A stretch of 11,473 nucleotides of DNA, counting the filler, from an uncultured bacterium (GTDB lineage: Bacteria > B130-G9), in NCBI GenBank assembly GCA_965372715.1. It is 5 parts of 5 records of this genome, joined end to end, with 100 filler letters (N's around TTAATTAATTAA, not from the genome) between each part and the next. Parts side by side here need not be neighbours in the genome. Positions count along the whole stretch, not along the records: positions 7,568 to 9,775 come from CBDVDH010000110.1; positions 9,876 to 11,473 come from CBDVDH010000112.1; 3 more parts are not named here. One strand, written 5' to 3'. The first letter of the stretch is position 1. The number at the start of each line of letters is the position of its first letter. Below are positions 7,623 through 11,473 of this stretch, piece after piece. The translations under genes were made by a program, and so were the position numbers. The notes below the pieces were generated by a model. The model searched no databases and had not been told where the DNA came from. It was given only the letters and a program-made list of their open reading frames with translations.

Positions 7623-7756
7623 TTCCAGCCTGCCAAAGTCAGGTCTCGCGCGACAGAGTGTTCCATGTGAGGGATGCAGCAATCACTACAAAAGGCAGGC
7701 TGGAAAGCCTGCCCCACATCCCATCCCATCTGCAGTTTATGAATAATACCTGCTAG
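7623..7756. mobile_element. MITE-like family A copy, interrupted in its left REP by family B
   Basis: TTCCAGCCTGCCAAAGTCAG (7623-7642) matches 11454-11473 at 19/20. Inverted REP GGCAGGCTGGAAAGCCTGCCCCAC at 7694-7717. Terminus GTTTATGAATAATACCTG then CTAG (7753-7756), homologous to 34-55. Confidence 0.78.
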
Positions 7757-7903
7757 ATCTAGGCGACACGGTCGGCGACCTTTGCCGGCCCATGTCCCAG
7801 GAGCAAGAAGCGCTCGGATTCCGGATCCTGCGCTCGATTCTCGAGCGCCTCGCCTGGCTCTCAACAAGTGCCGTCCTGTTCATCCGTAGGAGGCACTCCC
7901 GTA

Positions 7904-7981
7904 ATGCGGCTATACAAGGCCATTCAAGACCGAAAAGAGTCTGTCCGGAGAATGGCCCGCAACCTGCTTACCCATTACTAA
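7904..7981 (+). CDS. Possible small ORF, 25 aa (MRLYKAIQDRKESVRRMARNLLTHY)
   Basis: AGGAGG at 7888-7893, 10 nt before the ATG; no recognisable homology. Confidence 0.3.
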   Translation: MRLYKAIQDRKESVRRMARNLLTHY

Positions 7982-7997
7982 ATGGAGGAAATATCAG

Positions 7998-8042
7998 ATG
8001 TCTAACTTTGGACCAGCAACAAGAAAGGAGTGGGAAAGATGA
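7998..8042 (+). CDS. Possible 14-aa leader ORF (MSNFGPATRKEWER) coupled to the sigma gene
   Basis: GGAGG at 7984-7988, 9 nt before the ATG; stop TGA 8040-8042 overlaps the sigma ATG 8039 (ATGA). Confidence 0.35.
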   Translation: MSNFGPATRKEWER

Positions 8043-9619
8043 GAGAAGCAAAGAGGTCCAGGAAGCAACGGGCTAAGCGCAAGGATGCTGCGAAGCAGGT
8101 CTTCAGCCCGGCGCTTGCTGTGGAAGTCATTTCTGATGACTTTTGTCTGGACGAACCCGGGTCTTGTATAGCGGGCGAGGCGCCCGAGCCGGGTGCGCTT
8201 AAAGATTTCGGCGAGCATGATCGAAATGTTGTTCGCCAAACGGAAAGCGGAACATTTGGGAGGGATGGTTTCGTGCGCTACTTAGCGAGCCTGGCTGGTG
8301 AGTCCCTTCTGACTCAGGAGGACGAGGTTGAGCTGGGCAAAGAGATGGCGTTTGGCCGAGAGGCCGTTCGCCAGGCCATTCTCGAGAACGGCATTGAGCT
8401 AATCCCGCTCTGCGATGCCATCAATCGGCTTCGAGCAGGCGAGATGACTATCCGTCAGATCGTCGATCTCGACAGCTTCGAGTGCGGGGACGAGCTGGCC
8501 GACCGCAATCTCGCGCTGCTTGAGCTCTTGAAGGAGTTCAATGTCGAGGCAACGCGATACGTCCGTCTAATGGAGGCCTATCTGGACGGGTCATTCGACG
8601 ACGGGAGGCTCGAGTCTGTTGAAAGCCTGCGCGATACCATTCATGAGCTCGGAACACGGATACCTTTGCAGGACTCGTTCCTCACGCAGATAGCCGACGA
8701 CGTCGTCGGTTTCGCCGACTCAGGTCAGCAGGATGACGACGGTGCCGTAACTGAGGCGAACTGCGAGTGCTCTGGAGAGGTCAGCAATCCCGACAGAGTC
8801 TTAGAGGCTGAACGAACTGCTTATGAGACGTTCGGTTTGTGCCTTTGTGTGCTCATGCCGATTGCGGACCAGATTCGCGACGGGCTGGGGCTGTGGCGCA
8901 GAGCGCAATCGCAGCTTGTCCGCTCGAACCTTCGGCTCGTCGTCTGCATTGCGAAGCACTACATGAACGCCGGCGTTCCGTTTGAGGACATGGTGCAGGA
9001 AGGCAACATGGGCCTGATGCGGGCCACGGAGAAGTTTGAGTATCAGCGAGGCACCAGATTCTCGACCTATTCGGCGTTTTGGATCAGACACTCCATAATC
9101 AAGTCGATTGAGCGTCAGTCAAGGACAATCCGCCTGCCGGGCCACGTTTTTGAGTTCTCAAACCGCATCTCCACCACGGCTGTTGCGTTTCAGCAGAAGC
9201 TCGGCCGGCCGCCGACGGAGTCTGAGATAGCCGACATACTCGGCGTCAGCGAGCAGAAAGTCGAAGAGGTGACGGGCTACTCCCACTACTCGGTTGTTCC
9301 CCTATTCACGGACAGGGACGGCGAGGACGAGTTGAACCTGATCGACGTCTTGCCCAACAAGTCCTGCAAACAGCCTGAACACTATATCGAAGAGTGTGAG
9401 ATAGCGAACGGATTGGATAAGGCCCTCGACGTCCTCAGCGAAAAAGAGCGGCTGGTCGTAGAGCTTAGAAACGGGCTCAAGGATGGGCATCCGCACTCGC
9501 TGCGCGAGGTTGGGGATGCGCTTTGCTTGACCCGAGAGCGAATCAGGCAAATAGAGAAGGCCGCACTTGACAAGATGCGCGTTTCGGGGCTGGCGGACAC
9601 GCTGGTAGCATACGTCTAG
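8039..9619 (+). CDS. Sigma70-family (RpoD/SigA-like, divergent, probably alternative) RNA polymerase sigma factor, 526 aa
   Basis: Region 1.2 (RYLASLAGESLLTQEDEVELG), long non-conserved region, region 2 (NLRLVVCIAKHY...DMVQEGNMGLMRATEKFEYQRGTRFSTY), region 3 (KLGRPPTESEIA) and region 4 (SLREVG...TRERIRQIE). ATG 8039 is chosen for AAGGAG at 8025-8030. Too divergent to name rpoD. Confidence 0.93.
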   Translation: MREAKRSRKQRAKRKDAAKQVFSPALAVEVISDDFCLDEPGSCIAGEAPEPGALKDFGEHDRNVVRQTESGTFGRDGFVRYLASLAGESLLTQEDEVELGKEMAFGREAVRQAILENGIELIPLCDAINRLRAGEMTIRQIVDLDSFECGDELADRNLALLELLKEFNVEATRYVRLMEAYLDGSFDDGRLESVESLRDTIHELGTRIPLQDSFLTQIADDVVGFADSGQQDDDGAVTEANCECSGEVSNPDRVLEAERTAYETFGLCLCVLMPIADQIRDGLGLWRRAQSQLVRSNLRLVVCIAKHYMNAGVPFEDMVQEGNMGLMRATEKFEYQRGTRFSTYSAFWIRHSIIKSIERQSRTIRLPGHVFEFSNRISTTAVAFQQKLGRPPTESEIADILGVSEQKVEEVTGYSHYSVVPLFTDRDGEDELNLIDVLPNKSCKQPEHYIEECEIANGLDKALDVLSEKERLVVELRNGLKDGHPHSLREVGDALCLTRERIRQIEKAALDKMRVSGLADTLVAYV

Positions 9620-9665
9620 TTCCTTAGTGTTTCACTCGAATCGTCCAGAAGAAGGACGGGCCAGC

Positions 9666-9680
9666 GTGGCGCGGGCTTTT
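9666..9680 (+). repeat. Left half of a GTGG-type REP hairpin, interrupted at its loop
   Basis: GTGGCGCGGGCTTTT vs the intact REP GTGGGGCGGGCTTTCCAGCCTGCC at 11442-11465; followed directly by a family B terminus. Confidence 0.6.
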
Positions 9681-9775
9681 CAGCCTGGGTCATAATTCGA
9701 ATCTGGGGTTGTGTAGGGGCGTGGTCTCAGACCCGCCCTCTCTAATTGATGGTCGCATAAGATGCCTCGTATCCG
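9681..9775. mobile_element. MITE-like family B, left part (terminus CAGCCTGGGTCATAA, REP, spacer), cut by contig end
   Basis: 9711-9775 is 63/65 identical to 2321-2385; the terminal 15 nt match GAGGCTGGGTCATAA at 13/15. Confidence 0.8.
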
Positions 9776-9875
9776 NNNNNNNNNNNNNNNNNNNNNNNNN
9801 NNNNNNNNNNNNNNNNNNNTTAATTAATTAANNNNNNNNNNNNNNNNNNNNNNNNNNNNNNNNNNNNNNNNNNNN
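9776..9875. other. Artificial contig spacer
   Basis: N44-TTAATTAATTAA-N44. Confidence 0.99.
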
Positions 9876-9936
9876 CCTTCATATCCGCCTTTGGCGAGAC
9901 TGCGCCTGCCGGCGAGCGTTCGGTCGCATCAGACAA

Positions 9937-9960
9937 GGGCGGGGCAAGCACCGCCCCTAC
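9937..9960 (-). repeat. GTAG-type REP hairpin GTAGGGGCGGTGCTTGCCCCGCCC
   Basis: GTAG plus imperfect GC palindrome (GGGCGG...CCGCCC); shares GTAGGGGCG and CCCGCCC with the family B REP. Confidence 0.7.
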
Positions 9961-10029
9961 ACCATCTATCACGCTTCCTGCAGCCACATTCTGCACATCG
10001 CCCCACAATCGAACATCGTCACCTTGATC

Positions 10030-10058
10030 TTGACAATCGGCCTGATTTCCAGTATCAT
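10030..10058 (+). promoter_or_regulatory. Near-consensus sigma70 promoter TTGACA-17 nt-TATCAT
   Basis: -35 at 10030-10035 (6/6), 17-nt spacer, -10 at 10053-10058 (5/6). No convincing sense gene downstream. Confidence 0.55.
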
Positions 10059-10093
10059 CTTTCTGCAAATCGACGAAGAAACCTCCAGGGCCT

Positions 10094-10111
10094 GACTTAT
10101 CGGACAGCCTC
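10094..10111 (-). mobile_element. IS/MITE-like terminus related to family B (GAGGCTGTCCGATAAGTC)
   Basis: 14/18 identical to GAGGCTGGGACATAAGTC (2294-2311), with the first 7 and last 7 nt identical; oriented as a right end downstream of an inverted REP. Confidence 0.5.
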
Positions 10112-10127
10112 TCAAACGCGCTGATGC

Positions 10128-11258
10128 CTAGGTCCCGTCGATCGCTATGACCTCATAGTCTTTGCGGCCCAGGCCGAGTCGCTGCGCCTCATCGAGGCAG
10201 ACCTGCGGGTCGGGCCTGTGCAGGTCGGCTAGGAGCTTGCCGCGGGGCTTGAGGCCCAGGTCTGAGGCGAAAGAGTTTGGCAGCGGGTCCTGCGCGTTCA
10301 CCATGTCGAGCGAGGCCTGGTCAATTGCGACGGGGTCGTCCCCGATGAGGATGCCGATGTCCTGCGCGATGGCGACGTCGGCGCCGGGCATGCAGTCGCA
10401 CTCGGGTTGGATGTCGAGCATGAGGTTGACGTAGATGATCTTGCGCTTCTTGAACGTCGAGAGGACGGCTTTCGCACCCTCCATTAGCCTGAGCTGAAAC
10501 TCTGTCACGTCAATCGGATCGAACAATGCGCCGGTCGGGCACACTCTGGCGCAACGGCCGCACGCCCAGCAGAGCCGCGCGTCGATCTTGAGCTTCGTTT
10601 TCTCGATGCTGAGTGCCTTTCTGGGGCAGACCTCGACGCATGCCATGCAGAACGTGCATTTCGTCTTGTCCCAACTCATCCGCTCGGGCGTCGAGAGGTG
10701 TATCCCGCCTCGGCCTTTGCCCTTGCAGGACCGGTGGCGAGCGCTGACGCCGCCCATCGAAAGATGTTTCAAAGCGCCTCCAAAGCCGGACTGGACGTGG
10801 CCCTTGAAGTGCGACAGAACGACCATTGCCGGGACATCGTGTATCACCGAGGCAACCGCCAGCTTGTCAATGAGGGGGCCGGAGTCCATCAGAATGTTGT
10901 CGGCGCCAAAGAGCCCGTCGGCGAGCACGAGAGGCGCGCCGCACGTCTCTTGACTGATGCCGTTGTAGTTGGCCACGCGGAGGTAATCGAGGCCCGGGAT
11001 GCGGACAGTCTCCGTAATGAACGGATCGCCGCCGGCGGCTCTGATTCGATCTACCGTCTTCCGGATGAAAGTCGTCCTGATTGGCCTGAATGCGCCCTCC
11101 GAGCCCCAGTGGACTTTGACCGCGACCCACTCGTCTCTGTCAATGCAGCCCTCGAAGTCGAACCCCTTGAGCATCCGCTCGTATTTGCCGGGCAGACTGT
11201 CCTGATACAGCCATTTTGTGTTTCTCGCTGATACGAAATAGAGTTTCGATTTAGTCAT
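10128..11258 (-). CDS. DUF362-domain Fe-S protein with 2x[4Fe-4S] ferredoxin insert (COG2768-like), 376 aa
   Basis: VAVKVHWGSEG, GGDPFITE, LSHFKGH..SGFGGALKHLSMG, CTFCMACVEVCP and CWACGRCARVCP, PECDC, DIGIL...DPVAIDQASLD. Start re-called at ATG 11258 (MTKSKLYF) after GAGAGG. Confidence 0.9.
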   Translation of the reverse strand: MTKSKLYFVSARNTKWLYQDSLPGKYERMLKGFDFEGCIDRDEWVAVKVHWGSEGAFRPIRTTFIRKTVDRIRAAGGDPFITETVRIPGLDYLRVANYNGISQETCGAPLVLADGLFGADNILMDSGPLIDKLAVASVIHDVPAMVVLSHFKGHVQSGFGGALKHLSMGGVSARHRSCKGKGRGGIHLSTPERMSWDKTKCTFCMACVEVCPRKALSIEKTKLKIDARLCWACGRCARVCPTGALFDPIDVTEFQLRLMEGAKAVLSTFKKRKIIYVNLMLDIQPECDCMPGADVAIAQDIGILIGDDPVAIDQASLDMVNAQDPLPNSFASDLGLKPRGKLLADLHRPDPQVCLDEAQRLGLGRKDYEVIAIDGT

Positions 11259-11329
11259 CTGTCCTCTCACGTTCTTAGCCTTACAAGCCGACGGCCACCG
11301 GCTCAAGATATGATCTCAATTCTCTCAGA

Positions 11330-11358
11330 ATTGTATTGCGCCGCCCGATGTGGTGCAA
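11330..11358 (-). promoter_or_regulatory. Candidate sigma70 promoter of the DUF362 gene
   Basis: Minus strand TTGCAC-17 nt-TACAAT, about 70 nt upstream of ATG 11258. Confidence 0.55.
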
Positions 11359-11404
11359 GAGTCGAAAGTCGAGAGTCCGATGTCAAGCCTATTGCTAGAG
11401 TGGG

Positions 11405-11473
11405 CTAGCCCGAATAACTCAAGGGCATGACTCTCGTCGGTGTGGGGCGGGCTTTCCAGCCTGCCAAAGACAG
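11405..11473. mobile_element. MITE-like family A, left end (CTAG, terminus CCCGAATAACTCA, intact REP), cut by window end
   Basis: REP GTGGGGCGGGCTTTCCAGCCTGCC at 11442-11465 continues into AAAGACAG as at 7635-7642. The terminus matches the reverse complement of the 39-51 terminus (TCCGTATTATTCA) at 9/13, at nearly the same distance from the REP. Confidence 0.75.

Noticed and set aside
7520-7867. ORFs running into N spacers or through repeats (5045-5341, 5053-5301, 7520-7867, 9820-10068, 2236-2424)
   Set aside because: They are antisense to lpxD, translate REP/MITE DNA, or end only in the artificial spacer.
7792-8076. 94-aa ORF upstream of the sigma gene
   Set aside because: Overlaps the sigma start in another frame, has no clear ribosome-binding site and no recognisable motif; cannot be supported.
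8039-9619. Calling the sigma factor rpoD or rpoS
   Set aside because: It departs from the RpoD signature in regions 1.2 and 2.3-2.4 and lacks a clear region 1.1, but it has a long NCR that RpoS lacks.
2294-9775. CRISPR array from the repeated ~25-nt palindromes
   Set aside because: Copies are dispersed and inverted, and the internal spacer is nearly identical between copies; no tandem repeat-unique spacer pattern and no cas genes.
2533-9875. TTAATTAATTAA recurring four times at ~2.3-2.5 kb spacing
   Set aside because: Artificial six-frame-stop spacer inside N runs; not a biological repeat, att site or array.
11359-11380. Short heptamer-like repeat GAGTCGA AAGTCGA GAGTCCGA
   Set aside because: Only about three imperfect units; too short to distinguish from chance or to call an operator.
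1-11473. A single gene cluster linking radical SAM, Cys-rich protein, lipid A genes, sigma factor and Fe-S protein (e.g. a RiPP system with the Cys-rich protein as precursor)
   Set aside because: The genes are on different contigs ordered by size, so there is no evidence of linkage. The Cys-rich protein also has a signal peptide.

Overview
This is not one contiguous locus. It is five short contigs (1-2532, 2633-5000, 5101-7467, 7568-9775, 9876-11473) joined by four identical artificial 100-bp spacers (N44-TTAATTAATTAA-N44) in apparently decreasing size order, as at the tail of a draft or metagenome-assembled genome. Adjacency across spacers means nothing. The source is a GC-rich, lipid A-producing bacterium. 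Contig 1: radical SAM/SPASM gene followed by a TPR (lipo)protein. Contig 2: a small Cys-rich secreted protein and a large secreted beta-propeller protein, both cut by contig ends. Contig 3: lpxD (partial)-fabZ-lpxA. Contig 4: a divergent RpoD-like sigma factor preceded by two small ORFs. Contig 5: a DUF362/ferredoxin Fe-S protein. Two signals stand out. (a) The non-coding DNA holds two families of ~165-175 bp MITE-like elements, each made of IS-like termini enclosing an inverted pair of GTAG/GTGG REP-type hairpins. All three visible outer junctions of family B fall in the loop of another REP hairpin, once inside family A, giving nested insertions. (b) The sigma factor naturally carries His and Ile at the positions of E. 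coli sigma70 Q437 and T440 (the classic altered -12 specificity mutations) plus Phe at W433. All assignments come from reading motifs by eye; no database search was run.
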